Shown here piece after piece: positions 1-9,598 of a stretch of DNA of 31,651 bases. The stretch is from the IMG/VR virus record IMGVR_UViG_3300017655_000243, positions 1 through 31,651 of that record, one strand, 5' to 3'. Position 1 is the stretch's first letter. Each line of letters starts with the position of its first letter. The notes beneath the pieces were generated by a model. That model was given only the letters and a program-made list of their open reading frames with translations. It was not told where the DNA came from and did no database searches. The position numbers were made by a program, and so were the translations under genes. Source of the stretch: a virus. Taxonomy: Duplodnaviria; Caudoviricetes.

Positions 1-1188
1 TCAAATAGTCTCAACTAATTTATCCTGTTTTAACGTGTTTCGCCCCCCAAAATGCCCCCCAAAAATGTCTCCTATTTTCTCAGCAGCTTCGGCTTGCATA
101 TTAGGCAACAAGTGAGAATAAAGATCCAAAGTAATCTTTACTGAGGCATGTCCGAGACGTTCTGATACGATCTTAGGATGTACCCCAGCGAGCAATAATA
201 AAGTGGCATGCGTGTGTCTTAAGTTATGGAACGTAATTCTCGGAACATCTATTCTATCCAATAGGCTGTAAAATACTCTCATCAGATTTCTTGGAGAACA
301 TGGCGTTCCTTTTTGTGTGCAAATAACTAAATCAAAATTTTTATATGCCTTACTCTTACTAAGCGCATCTCTTTTTTCTAATTGTTGAAGATTATATTGT
401 TTAAGCAGTGATTGTTTTGTATCTTCATCAATTGCTATTGATCTAACGCTACTAGTTGTTTTTGCTCCAATTTTTAGTGTTTTTCCGTCATGTGTTAAGG
501 TCTGAGTTATCCGAAGTGTATTGTTACTAAAGTCTACATCTTTCCATCGCAGCCCTAATAATTCCCCTTGTCGCATTCCTGTCACTAAAGCTAGTTTGAC
601 AGCAAAACTGTAGCGATTAACTCCTTCTGTTTCATTGACGAATTTCCTTGAAGATTCTGCATCCCATACTACTATCTCTGTTTTGGTATTCTGAGGCTTG
701 TCAATTATGAAGGATGCTGGATTCTCTTTAATAATCCGCAATTGAAAAGTGGCATTATTCAGCGCTGTATTAATAATACTATACATTTTCTTTACTGAAT
801 TTTCTGCAAGTCCCTTTTCTCTTAGTTCAGCAATAAACTTTTGGATATGCATTGAGTTTAACTTCCCCATCTCAATGTTGCCGCAAGCTGATGTTTTTAC
901 GTGGTGATTAATATAACCAGTATACATCTCTCTTGTTTGCTTACTAAGTGACTTTTTTGCAGGAAGCCAAGTCTCAATCAAATAGTCAATGAACTTTACT
1001 CTTGAAGGTTCGATATACGTTCCCTCATAATACTCATTCATTGCCTTGGTCATCGCAATTGCCGCTTCCTTATCAGATGAAAATCCTTTCTTGCGAATTT
1101 TCTTCCTTGATCCATCCGATTGTTTGCCTGCTTCAAATTCAAACCAATACTTGTTTTTCTTTTTAGACTCATCTTTATATACTGGCAT
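1..1188 (-). CDS. int: Tyrosine recombinase / phage integrase (395 aa from ATG 1188)
   Basis: N-terminal arm-binding-like region (KKIRKKGFSS); catalytic motifs GMRQGELLGL, HNLRH, LGH, DLYSH; RBS AGGAGGAA at 1193-1200 places the start at MPVYKD. Confidence 0.96.
   Translation of the reverse strand: MPVYKDESKKKNKYWFEFEAGKQSDGSRKKIRKKGFSSDKEAAIAMTKAMNEYYEGTYIEPSRVKFIDYLIETWLPAKKSLSKQTREMYTGYINHHVKTSACGNIEMGKLNSMHIQKFIAELREKGLAENSVKKMYSIINTALNNATFQLRIIKENPASFIIDKPQNTKTEIVVWDAESSRKFVNETEGVNRYSFAVKLALVTGMRQGELLGLRWKDVDFSNNTLRITQTLTHDGKTLKIGAKTTSSVRSIAIDEDTKQSLLKQYNLQQLEKRDALSKSKAYKNFDLVICTQKGTPCSPRNLMRVFYSLLDRIDVPRITFHNLRHTHATLLLLAGVHPKIVSERLGHASVKITLDLYSHLLPNMQAEAAEKIGDIFGGHFGGRNTLKQDKLVETI
42..64 (+). 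repeat. Tandem direct repeat GCCCCCCAAAA x2; candidate integrase arm-type sites near att
   Basis: Copies at 42-52 and 54-64 inside the 3' end of int (encode FGGHFGG). Confidence 0.55.
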
Positions 1189-1211
1189 TGTATTCCTCCT
1201 CTTTGAATAAC

Positions 1212-1242
1212 AAAAAGGTGGAGTCACACCAAATCTCCACCT
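1212..1242 (-). terminator. Intrinsic terminator between xis and int
   Basis: - strand AGGTGGAG-11 nt-CTCCACCT followed by TTTTG. Confidence 0.7.
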
Positions 1243-1255
1243 GATTATAACATAA

Positions 1256-1450
1256 TTAGCCGCCGAGATACCATTTAGCGAAACTCGACTTTGGAATTTT
1301 ATATAATTTTCCAACCTTAATACTATGAAATAGTCCTGTATCCAACAGGTTATATGTAGAGTTTTTGCTTAGACCTAAAAAGCTTTGAATGTCTTTTGGG
1401 TTCAATGGATCAGGTAGATCCCTTAACCGTTTAATAGTTTTACTGTCCAC
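1256..1450 (-). CDS. xis: Excisionase-like HTH_17 DNA-binding protein (64 aa)
   Basis: LNPKDIQSFLGLSKNSTYNLL...IKVGKLYKIPK pattern; GTG start with RBS GAGGAGG; adjacent to int. Confidence 0.8.
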   Translation of the reverse strand: MDSKTIKRLRDLPDPLNPKDIQSFLGLSKNSTYNLLDTGLFHSIKVGKLYKIPKSSFAKWYLGG

Positions 1451-1481
1451 TTAATTCCTCCTCGTTAATTATTAATGCAAT

Positions 1482-1510
1482 AAAAAAAGCCCACGCAATT
1501 CAGCATGAGC
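1482..1510 (-). terminator. Intrinsic terminator after endolysin
   Basis: - strand GCTCATGC-TGAATT-GCGTGGGC plus T7. Confidence 0.75.
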
Positions 1511-1529
1511 CTACATCATCATTATGTAT

Positions 1530-2180
1530 TTACTGCTCTTTCTGACCACTTGCTTTCCTCAACTCATTAGCCAATCGATTAAACTCTTTCCTTGCTTCCT
1601 TGTCCTCAGTTGCCACATAAGCAGCACTCAAGAATGGAATTATCTTATTTACATCTTCAGCTTTAAGCATGAATTCATCACTCTCCATCTTTTTACTAAC
1701 CATCTGCTTAAACTCAACCCATCCTGTCCATTTGCCATCATCATACATAAGCCTAGGGCAGATCTTCCTTGACCAATCCCAATGTCGGCGAAGCCTCTCT
1801 ACGCCCCAACCTCGCTCTTTAAGCATCTTAGCTACTAATTCAGCGGCATTATCTAATGTCTTCGCATAGTTTCCCGATTCACAAATTTCAATACCTATAC
1901 TAGTTCTGTTACCGCTTTTACTGCCTGATCCATCACCACAATGCCAAGCATTCTCATTAAGTGGAATACATTCAATTGCTTCTTTTTCATCGACTACAAT
2001 ATGATAAGATGCTTGTCGGTTATTCGATGGACTGGTGAGCCATGTGCGTTCATTTATGGCTGTGCTAGATGGGTTTGAAGTGTTGTGTAAAGTGATTGTG
2101 GTAGCACTCATATATAAAGTAGGTCGGCGGTTATTAGGTGTTGATTTGGGAATGTGATTTTGTTTGTATGTATAAGTCAT
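1530..2180 (-). CDS. Endolysin, N-acetylmuramoyl-L-alanine amidase (Amidase_2 / XlyA-like)
   Basis: Motifs ITLHNT, ASYHIVVD, AWHCGDG, SIGIEICE, HWDWSRKICP; follows holin; likely start MTYTYK at 2180. Confidence 0.92.
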   Translation of the reverse strand: MTYTYKQNHIPKSTPNNRRPTLYMSATTITLHNTSNPSSTAINERTWLTSPSNNRQASYHIVVDEKEAIECIPLNENAWHCGDGSGSKSGNRTSIGIEICESGNYAKTLDNAAELVAKMLKERGWGVERLRRHWDWSRKICPRLMYDDGKWTGWVEFKQMVSKKMESDEFMLKAEDVNKIIPFLSAAYVATEDKEARKEFNRLANELRKASGQKEQ

Positions 2181-2228
2181 ATTGAGCCATCTACTTTCTA
2201 TGTAATCGTATACCCACAAATGGGCATG

Positions 2229-2255
2229 AAAAAGCCACTCCGATTAGAGAATGGC
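2229..2255 (-). terminator. Terminator-like hairpin between holin and endolysin
   Basis: - strand GCCATTC...GAGTGGC plus TTTTT. Confidence 0.55.
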
Positions 2256-2267
2256 ATAAATGTTAAA

Positions 2268-2675
2268 CTACTCCCCGACCTTATTTCTCAATGCGCTGAT
2301 CATCTTTTGTAACTGTGCTGGGATTTTGACTCCCATTTTACCGCCATTTTCCAAAATCGAAGTAAGCTCAACCAGTATAAACGCTGTCGCAACACCATCA
2401 GCAATTACTCCATTTGACTTTAGTACTGATATCTCTACAGCGCCTACAGCACCAATCAGGAGCATGGTATATACCTTCTTAAATATGCCTTTATACCCCT
2501 TCTTGCTGCTCAATCCTTCTTTCGAAATGATCGCTCCCATAATTCCTGTTATGTAGTCTACGAACATCATTAAAATTAGCACTGTGAACATTAGCCCAAA
2601 CAATCCAGTTAAGAATGAGAACACACCGCCTGCTATGCCAATTATCGTCTTAACCCAAATATCTACTCTATCCAT
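2268..2675 (-). CDS. Phage holin (Phage_holin_4 family)
   Basis: DYITG, LSSKKGYKGIFKK, SILENGGKMGVKIP motifs; hydrophobic segments; RBS TAGGTGA before ATG 2675. Confidence 0.9.
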   Translation of the reverse strand: MDRVDIWVKTIIGIAGGVFSFLTGLFGLMFTVLILMMFVDYITGIMGAIISKEGLSSKKGYKGIFKKVYTMLLIGAVGAVEISVLKSNGVIADGVATAFILVELTSILENGGKMGVKIPAQLQKMISALRNKVGE

Positions 2676-2690
2676 TTTTATCACCTACCA

Positions 2691-2729
2691 ATAAATAAAA
2701 TAAGAGAGCATCAATTAAGACGCTCTCTT
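2691..2729 (-). terminator. Intrinsic terminator after tail genes
   Basis: - strand AAGAGAGCGTC-TTAATT-GATGCTCTCTT plus ATTTTATTT. Confidence 0.7.
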
Positions 2730-2743
2730 GTAATGTGTATGTA

Positions 2744-2926
2744 TTATCTTATAGCAACCATTTCACCATTCTCGTCCTCATAGGCAAGAACAAATAACAG
2801 ATTATATGAAGAGTTATCTTCAGTGTTGAGAATAACTCCATCACTCCCTCGTTCTAAAGCTGCTATTAGATTAGGTCTGAAGCTGTCTGTTGTAGTAAAA
2901 AGACCGCCTCTCATTTGAATCTTCAT
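2744..2926 (-). CDS. Small hypothetical protein (60 aa), possible tail-tip chaperone
   Basis: ATG abuts the stop of the tail-tip gene; function inferred only from position. Confidence 0.6.
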   Translation of the reverse strand: MKIQMRGGLFTTTDSFRPNLIAALERGSDGVILNTEDNSSYNLLFVLAYEDENGEMVAIR

Positions 2927-5497
2927 TTATACCACCGCAATCCATGTAAATTGTACTGCATAATATTTCATCGCCACTTCGTAGTTTGATGGGTTAACAG
3001 TCATATATGAGCCATATCCTTTTACAGTAAACGTTCCGCTAGCTTTATTGATTGAAACTACTTCTAAATTCACACCAAGACTAGCATATGGAACGTAGAA
3101 ACTATCACCATCTTTTTGCGCCATAGCATATGATGAATCTGATTTAGTCGATACTGAAACAGTAAAATCCTTACCTCTGAAATCTGCTGGAAGCGTGATA
3201 GTTTTGTTTGGAATGCCACCTCCATTGGAAATACCACTAGCATAAGCCGATCCACCACCATCAAAATAGTTGCCCTGATTCCCTGTCTCCGAAGAACCTG
3301 CAGCCATGAGGTAATGATACGGCTTTTCAACACCGCTAACGGTTCTTAGTAGACCAGTTGGCGACAATGAGGTTGTCGAACCATCAGCATGATAAGAAAT
3401 AACCCCAAATTTACCTGCTGCATATTCACCCATTCTAACAACTTCACCTACCGCATTATCAATGTGGAAACCATTTGTATCAATATAGACTGACTTGTAC
3501 TTTGTCCCTTTTAATACACTAGCATTCTTTGCAGCTGATTCAGCAGCATTAGCTTTTGACGTTGCATCAGCTTTAGCAGCATTCAAATTCGCAGATGCTT
3601 GCGAAATACGAGCTTGCTCCTCAGCAGTTACAACACCATCTGCATAAGCTTCTGCTTGTGTCCGTGCTAATTGTGCTTGAGCAACCGCAACAGCTTCAGC
3701 AGCAGATTGAGCTGCATTGGCTTTCGCCGTTGTAATCGCATTATTCGCTTCTTCAAAACGAGTAGAGAGGATAGTTAGGACGTGTCTATAGTCTGAAAAT
3801 TTGAAATCTACTTCTAATTTTTCTTCAGGTGTCACTTTGCCATCTTGTATAACATCGCTGATTGTCTGCACTAATTCATATTGATATAAATCATAATCAA
3901 TCTTTGCACTCAATAAAGCATCTTTAGCTTGCTCTGTTAGATCATTGTGTCCATATACTTCATTAAATTGTGCACTTATTTTGGACATTTCAGTATTTAG
4001 AGAATTGATGTATGTAGCAATTGCTTTAGCTTCAGCCTCGTCTATGATGCCATCAATAACAGCTTGATTTATACCGCCTTCAATAGAATCAATTTGTTCC
4101 TGTAATTCAGCCTTAATCCTTGCTGGGTTATATCCTGTTTCATATTGCGTATTCGCCCCAATTACAAATCTCTCAGCTGCTATGGTTCCAACCTTTATAG
4201 AATCAGCAATTACACCTTGACCAGTGGCAAAGGTACTCCATTGCCATTCACCGTTAATTTTCTTCGATGCATATGCGTTAATTCCTGCGCCTGTATACGT
4301 AGCACCATATGTAGGACTGGATTCATCGATATTTTCATTTAAATAACCTTCGTTTTCCAGCACGGTTGCACTTGCATACGAACCTGAAGAAATTAGTCGA
4401 TTCTTACTCGTGTTAATCTCGCCTTCAATCCAGCTCGTATTAATCTGTCCATTTGTGGTAGTTACTTGATCAACAGTCCGAACAGTTTCGTTAACCCTGC
4501 TTAACGTATCCATAATACTTGGCTTAAAGTTAGATAAAACAACTCTTGACCGATTCGCATCATCTGGATATCGTTCGTATTCAACAATTCTAGACTTAAC
4601 ACTTATACTTAAGTCTTCATCATCAATCCAAACGGTATCTCCTATATTAAATGCTTCAGATTCATCATATCCTTCTGCATCCTTCAATTCGATTACATCA
4701 GCTTCGTATGAGAGCATTGGTGTATCTACTGTAGAGAGATAAGCAGCACCTTTTACCTGTAATACTGCCAAATCGTCAATATCCTCAAACGTAACCTCTC
4801 CACATTTCGGACGAGGGTATAAATTAATGTTTGGGCTATTGATTGGATTCGGTAATGCTATTCCATCCTTGCCATATACATAGAGTCGAGTTATTACATT
4901 TCGGCTATCTTTAGTACGAACAATACTCTTCAAGTTCTTGCGGTAGCTTATTCGAACCCCAATATCTTGCCCGATTTGGGGTCGGAAAGTGATATTAAAG
5001 TTATCACGTTTCATTTCACCACTTGTTAGAGCAATGAAGTGGTTTAATCCCCATGCTGCGCTTCTTCTCTCAACAGAAAAGTCATGATTCGTTGTAATTG
5101 CTGTTGCATTACCTTCGAATCTAGTTTCAGCTAAGATTCCACTCAAAATAGCATTTGCTGTAGCATTTGTGTATTGTAAGTTAGGTATATACTCCGTCAG
5201 CAACTCAGTGCTAATATGCTCAGCAAAAACATTGCATAATAGCTTACCCTCTTGATCACGACTATCATCAGTTGTACGAATTACAAACAATTGTCCTGTG
5301 ATCTTTACAATATTATCCTCAACTAAATACTGAACACACTCATCCGTATAAGGAACTGTAAATTCGCAAGTATATTCAGCGTTCAAGCGTTCAAAAATAC
5401 GAACACCTGAATCAAGCGTTGTTTGAATCACTCCAAGACCATAATGAGTGAAATCCGTCTCTTTACGGTTATATATGACTATGTAATTGTTACTCAT
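2927..5497 (-). CDS. Tail-associated protein (Tal / prophage endopeptidase-tail family) with coiled-coil stalk and C-terminal putative receptor-binding region
   Basis: KNLKSIVR...VITRLYVYGKDG and IGDTVWIDD motifs; follows Dit; Ala-rich coiled coil; beta-rich C-terminus. Confidence 0.88.
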   Translation of the reverse strand: MSNNYIVIYNRKETDFTHYGLGVIQTTLDSGVRIFERLNAEYTCEFTVPYTDECVQYLVEDNIVKITGQLFVIRTTDDSRDQEGKLLCNVFAEHISTELLTEYIPNLQYTNATANAILSGILAETRFEGNATAITTNHDFSVERRSAAWGLNHFIALTSGEMKRDNFNITFRPQIGQDIGVRISYRKNLKSIVRTKDSRNVITRLYVYGKDGIALPNPINSPNINLYPRPKCGEVTFEDIDDLAVLQVKGAAYLSTVDTPMLSYEADVIELKDAEGYDESEAFNIGDTVWIDDEDLSISVKSRIVEYERYPDDANRSRVVLSNFKPSIMDTLSRVNETVRTVDQVTTTNGQINTSWIEGEINTSKNRLISSGSYASATVLENEGYLNENIDESSPTYGATYTGAGINAYASKKINGEWQWSTFATGQGVIADSIKVGTIAAERFVIGANTQYETGYNPARIKAELQEQIDSIEGGINQAVIDGIIDEAEAKAIATYINSLNTEMSKISAQFNEVYGHNDLTEQAKDALLSAKIDYDLYQYELVQTISDVIQDGKVTPEEKLEVDFKFSDYRHVLTILSTRFEEANNAITTAKANAAQSAAEAVAVAQAQLARTQAEAYADGVVTAEEQARISQASANLNAAKADATSKANAAESAAKNASVLKGTKYKSVYIDTNGFHIDNAVGEVVRMGEYAAGKFGVISYHADGSTTSLSPTGLLRTVSGVEKPYHYLMAAGSSETGNQGNYFDGGGSAYASGISNGGGIPNKTITLPADFRGKDFTVSVSTKSDSSYAMAQKDGDSFYVPYASLGVNLEVVSINKASGTFTVKGYGSYMTVNPSNYEVAMKYYAVQFTWIAVV

Positions 5498-5511
5498 TGC
5501 TATGACTTCCT

Positions 5512-6264
5512 TTATAAATACTTTGGTTTAATAAAAAAAGAAACAGTGCAATTAAGCCCTGTTCCATTAATTTCAACATTATTAGTGCCTGTCGCAAGCT
5601 TCAGCCAATCACCTGAAACTTTGTTGTTCTTATTTGTTGCCCCAAGTTTTGCGCTCATCTTATTGCAGTCAATAACAAGCGTTCCTGCTGATGATTTGGA
5701 TTCGTTATATACTAGCGTTCTGCTCCCTACTTTTATGGAGAGAGTTGTGAAACTACCTGTCACTTCAATCATCGGGTGTGCTTCAATAGAACCGATATTA
5801 TTAACCATATATGTGTTAGTACCTGTAATAACGAAATTACTCCTGATCTCACTGCCGTAAGCAAAAGGATCATAAGCAACAAGAGGAAGTATGAAAGTTG
5901 CTGTTCCTGAGTTTCGATCTACAGGCAATGAACCAGACCAGCGAACATAATAAGTACGAGTTGTATCAATATCTAATGTAAGCTGCATCGTCCTTGGTCT
6001 ACCGTTGGAATCCAAAAGAAAAGCAGCCAGTGATCTCAATACACCCTGTAGAGTAACTGAGTTCGTCTGACTGCATGCACATGTAAGTTCAAACCGTTTT
6101 GGGGATAATGTTGCGCCAAAATCAAAAGCACCATGTCTACCAGCTATTGTAGCAATACTGTCCACTGTATCGGGTAGTATAGGGCGTGCTGATTCTCGTG
6201 CCATGAAGATTCCTAGTTCATTTGCTGTCTTACCGCCTAGAATAAAGCCTCCATTAGTAAGCAA
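5512..6264 (-). CDS. Distal tail protein (Dit)
   Basis: IAGRHGAFDFG, LVAYDPFAYG, NIGSIEAHPMIEV, LATGTNNV motifs; lies between TMP and Tal. Confidence 0.88.
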   Translation of the reverse strand: MLTNGGFILGGKTANELGIFMARESARPILPDTVDSIATIAGRHGAFDFGATLSPKRFELTCACSQTNSVTLQGVLRSLAAFLLDSNGRPRTMQLTLDIDTTRTYYVRWSGSLPVDRNSGTATFILPLVAYDPFAYGSEIRSNFVITGTNTYMVNNIGSIEAHPMIEVTGSFTTLSIKVGSRTLVYNESKSSAGTLVIDCNKMSAKLGATNKNNKVSGDWLKLATGTNNVEINGTGLNCTVSFFIKPKYL

Positions 6265-9019
6265 ATCCTTGCCCCCTTACCCTTGTACGTTGTAAACGTT
6301 CAAGTTCTTGAGCTATTAATTTAATATCATTATCGTTTCGCACATTCATGTTTTGGATGATAATATCACCACTTCTTACGTATTCACTATTTTCTTGCGA
6401 TTGAGCAGCATTATTTCGTAATTGTAATGGATCAATAGTTGTTCTTGCATGTATAGATACTGCCTCTGACAGTTTCGAAGCCATAGCGCTTACTTCCTTA
6501 ATCCTGTCGCCGATGCCGATTGCTAGCCCCTCACTGATGTTTTCGCCAAAACCCATCATTAGACGAGATGGAGACCTGATACCAAAAAAGTTTTTGATTC
6601 CATCACTCACGCTTGATGCTACTTCTTTAGCGGCATTTACGGCTTTAGTAGCCATGTTCTTAATACCGTTTACTAACCCCTCAATAATGTTCTTACCAAT
6701 TTCAAAAAGATTGATTCCCTTGAAAAAGGACATCACATTATTCCAGATATCTGTAATAGTCGATTTTACATTATCCATCTTTTCTTTCACAGATGAAACG
6801 ATATTTGTAAACTTTTCGACTACCGTATCGTAGCTATCCCCTAGAATGCTTTTGAAAAAGCCTTTTATAGCTTCTAATATATTGGACACTAGATTCTTTG
6901 CATTCTCCATTTGGTTTTTAATTGCATCTTTCATCCCTTGGAAATCACCAGTGACGAGGGCTTTGAGAAAGTCCAGCACATTCTTGAACGTATTTTTAAA
7001 ATAGTCCAGAACGCTCCTGACAATCTCCTTAGCCGCATCCAAATATGACTTAATCGTATCAGATATGGACTTAAAAACTGTCTTACAAAAAGCTGAAATC
7101 TCATCCCAGTTCTTGTATAACAACACGCCTATTGCTATTAATGCAGCTATTGCAGCTACGACTAAAGTAACTGGCCATATTGCAGCGTTTAGTGCAACAC
7201 CAAATCCAGCTGTAGCTCCAGTCATAGCTAATATTGTCGGTGTTAGAGCTAAAACAGCAGCCATCACTAAGCCTAAAACTGTGGCAATTACAGTAAGAGT
7301 AGCTGCCAAAGTAGGATTATTAGATGCCCACTCTGCAATTTTCGAAACTACCTCAGCGATGCTAGTTAATAATGGTGTCAGAGCAATCGTAATATCTGCT
7401 ATTGCTTGCTTGAGCTGTACTGCTGGATCTGAATTGATTTGATTCATCTGTTCATTTAGTGTGTTAGCATTTTCGCCTGTTAGATCCATTGCACTACCGA
7501 TACCTTGGAAAACAGAAATTATATTCTGACCTTGGTCTTCCCACTTTGTGCCGAAAACTTTAGTGGCAATCTCATTCTTTAATGCTTTATCTTCAATGCT
7601 ATCTAGCCAAGTAACCATTTGAGACATGGCTAAAGAACCTAGTTCCCCACCTTCAGCAACAGCTTTTCCCCAACTTTGAAATGTTTCTTCTGCCATACCA
7701 GCTTGCTCTAATAGTGGAGTGACAGCAGCAGGGACTTCCTGTCCGAATGTAGCCATTTGGATACGAGCTTCTTTAACACCGTCATTGAGATTGTCAATGT
7801 TCCAAGTTTTCGTGTCGATACCAGCTTGAAATATAGCTTGAATTTCTTTTGCTGAAAAGCCTGTCTCCTTCATCTGCTGCCCATATTCAGCCATTGTATC
7901 TAATTGTTCTGGTGGAAATCCTGCTTTTAATAATGCATTGCTCATTGCTAAGGCTTCTTCATTGGTGATGCCAAGAGCAGCTGCAAACTCGTTTGTCTCT
8001 TGTATTAGCTCGATAAAGTCAATGCCTTGATATGCAGATGCTACTACCGCTGCCTGTTGTACAAGTGATGCATTAGCTTCATCAGATGTATCTTTGTTTA
8101 ATGCCCATTGTCGGCGTAATCCTTCTAATGCTTCCACGCCATCAATTCCGTATGCTTGAATATCCAATAAAGCTGCCTTAATTGATGCTTTAGACTCTTC
8201 AGGAACATCAAAGGAAATATCAATTTTAGTATTTAAACTCGAAACATCAAGTGCAGACGAAACAACACCAGCTATACCACCACCAGCCGCTAAGCCCCCT
8301 ATAACACTTGTGAGCTCAGAGCCAAATGAGTTTACTTCATTTCCAGCTTTCTTAGCTTCGCTTGCTACTTCTGACAATTCTTTTTTAATACTTTTTAGCG
8401 AGTTACCGTCATCAGCAGACTTCAGGGCTACTTTAAGTTTATCTATGTCAATACTTGTACCAAGAGACGCTTTACCAATCTTTTCGATGGCTGTATCTAA
8501 TTGCTTCATGGATGCATTACCTGATTTAATCGCTTTGACTAATCCAACGCCCAATGTATCTGCAAAACGATCAACATCTGTTCCAGTTGCTGCGAATAGA
8601 GTCTGTAGTTGTTTCGTTTTGGTTTCAAGCTGTTGTTGCCCTTGAATAGTAGTAGCCAATTTTGTTTGAAGCCCACTAAGTGCAGACTCGGTATTGATAA
8701 TCTCACGCTGAAACGCTCTGTACTGTTCCCCACTAATCTTACCACTACTAAACTGTGCATCTACTTGCGATTGAGCTTGCTTCAATGCATCTAGTTTTTT
8801 AGTAGTCGCCTCAATCTGACTTGCAAGCAGTCCTTGCTTTTGGGCAATTAGTTCAGTGTTTCCTGGGTTAAACTTGAGTGAATTTTCAACCTCTTTTAAT
8901 TCGCTCTGTAACTTCACCGACTCTTTTACAACATCTTTAATCGCACGATCTAACTGAGTTGTATCGCCATTAAGCTCTATCGTTATCCCTTTAATATTCT
9001 TGTTTGATGCTATGACCAA
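6254..9019 (-). CDS. Tail tape measure protein (true start may be ATA at 9013)
   Basis: IKGITIELNGDTT N-terminus; hydrophobic segments; Trp/Phe periodic repeats; GIRSPSRLM motif. Confidence 0.94.
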   Translation of the reverse strand: MVIASNKNIKGITIELNGDTTQLDRAIKDVVKESVKLQSELKEVENSLKFNPGNTELIAQKQGLLASQIEATTKKLDALKQAQSQVDAQFSSGKISGEQYRAFQREIINTESALSGLQTKLATTIQGQQQLETKTKQLQTLFAATGTDVDRFADTLGVGLVKAIKSGNASMKQLDTAIEKIGKASLGTSIDIDKLKVALKSADDGNSLKSIKKELSEVASEAKKAGNEVNSFGSELTSVIGGLAAGGGIAGVVSSALDVSSLNTKIDISFDVPEESKASIKAALLDIQAYGIDGVEALEGLRRQWALNKDTSDEANASLVQQAAVVASAYQGIDFIELIQETNEFAAALGITNEEALAMSNALLKAGFPPEQLDTMAEYGQQMKETGFSAKEIQAIFQAGIDTKTWNIDNLNDGVKEARIQMATFGQEVPAAVTPLLEQAGMAEETFQSWGKAVAEGGELGSLAMSQMVTWLDSIEDKALKNEIATKVFGTKWEDQGQNIISVFQGIGSAMDLTGENANTLNEQMNQINSDPAVQLKQAIADITIALTPLLTSIAEVVSKIAEWASNNPTLAATLTVIATVLGLVMAAVLALTPTILAMTGATAGFGVALNAAIWPVTLVVAAIAALIAIGVLLYKNWDEISAFCKTVFKSISDTIKSYLDAAKEIVRSVLDYFKNTFKNVLDFLKALVTGDFQGMKDAIKNQMENAKNLVSNILEAIKGFFKSILGDSYDTVVEKFTNIVSSVKEKMDNVKSTITDIWNNVMSFFKGINLFEIGKNIIEGLVNGIKNMATKAVNAAKEVASSVSDGIKNFFGIRSPSRLMMGFGENISEGLAIGIGDRIKEVSAMASKLSEAVSIHARTTIDPLQLRNNAAQSQENSEYVRSGDIIIQNMNVRNDNDIKLIAQELERLQRTRVRGQGFAY

Positions 9020-9032
9020 TCACCTCACTTTC

Positions 9033-9251
9033 CTAAAAACTATCGAAGTCGCTTTGAGTTGCTTTCCTCTTTTTATCTTTGCTCGGATGTTTTACATCAA
9101 AATACTCATGCATGTAATCGAGACACATGCCTACTGTCATGAATGACATATCATCGAGACTCAGATTTGACTCTTTGCAAAGCAAAAGGTACGTTTCGGT
9201 AGAGATCACCTCTCCACCTGACGTACCCTCTTGCGACTCAGTTACTTTTTT
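9033..9251 (-). CDS. Tail assembly chaperone gpT-like segment, made by -1 frameshift from the upstream gene
   Basis: Open -1 frame KKVTESQEG...MTVGMCLDYMHEY...RKATQSDFDSF*; begins at slippery A AAA AAG (9245-9251); absent from the ORF track. Confidence 0.82.
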   Translation of the reverse strand, partial: KKVTESQEGTSGGEVISTETYLLLCKESNLSLDDMSFMTVGMCLDYMHEYFDVKHPSKDKKRKATQSDFDSF

Positions 9252-9595
9252 CCAGTCTGCACCGTTTTCATCAACATGTCCTGAAGCTCAGGAAGAATTT
9301 GAAAGATCGGAAACTCATCAAACGAATCCAACCACTCCAAAGGAGGCAGTATATCTTTATCAGCTGTTTTGGCATATGTCCACGCAACGTTATAAAAAGT
9401 CTCAAAGTTGACATTCGAGATATCCTCTATCTGCAAATCAGTTCCTTCTTTAATTTTGTTTATATCTATTTTGCCAACTAACGACACTAGATCAGCGAAA
9501 AAGTCACGATGAAACTGCGCCTTGTAACGCAATGGAATCGCTCCTGTAGATTTAAATGTTACTGATTTACCATCGATTACTATCGTTTTTTCCAT
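9242..9595 (-). CDS. Tail assembly chaperone gpG-like
   Basis: MEKTIVIDGK...LRYKAQFHRDFF...EWLDSFDEFP; lies between major tail and TMP; ends in a slippery heptamer. Confidence 0.85.
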   Translation of the reverse strand: MEKTIVIDGKSVTFKSTGAIPLRYKAQFHRDFFADLVSLVGKIDINKIKEGTDLQIEDISNVNFETFYNVAWTYAKTADKDILPPLEWLDSFDEFPIFQILPELQDMLMKTVQTGKK

Positions 9596-9598
9596 ATA

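Noticed and set aside
1189-1314. N-terminal 42 aa of the 437-aa integrase ORF
   Set aside because: Overlaps xis and crosses a terminator; a strong RBS supports ATG 1188
2927-3400. Diversity-generating retroelement target at the tail-tip C-terminus
   Set aside because: No reverse transcriptase gene and no template repeat noticed in the window
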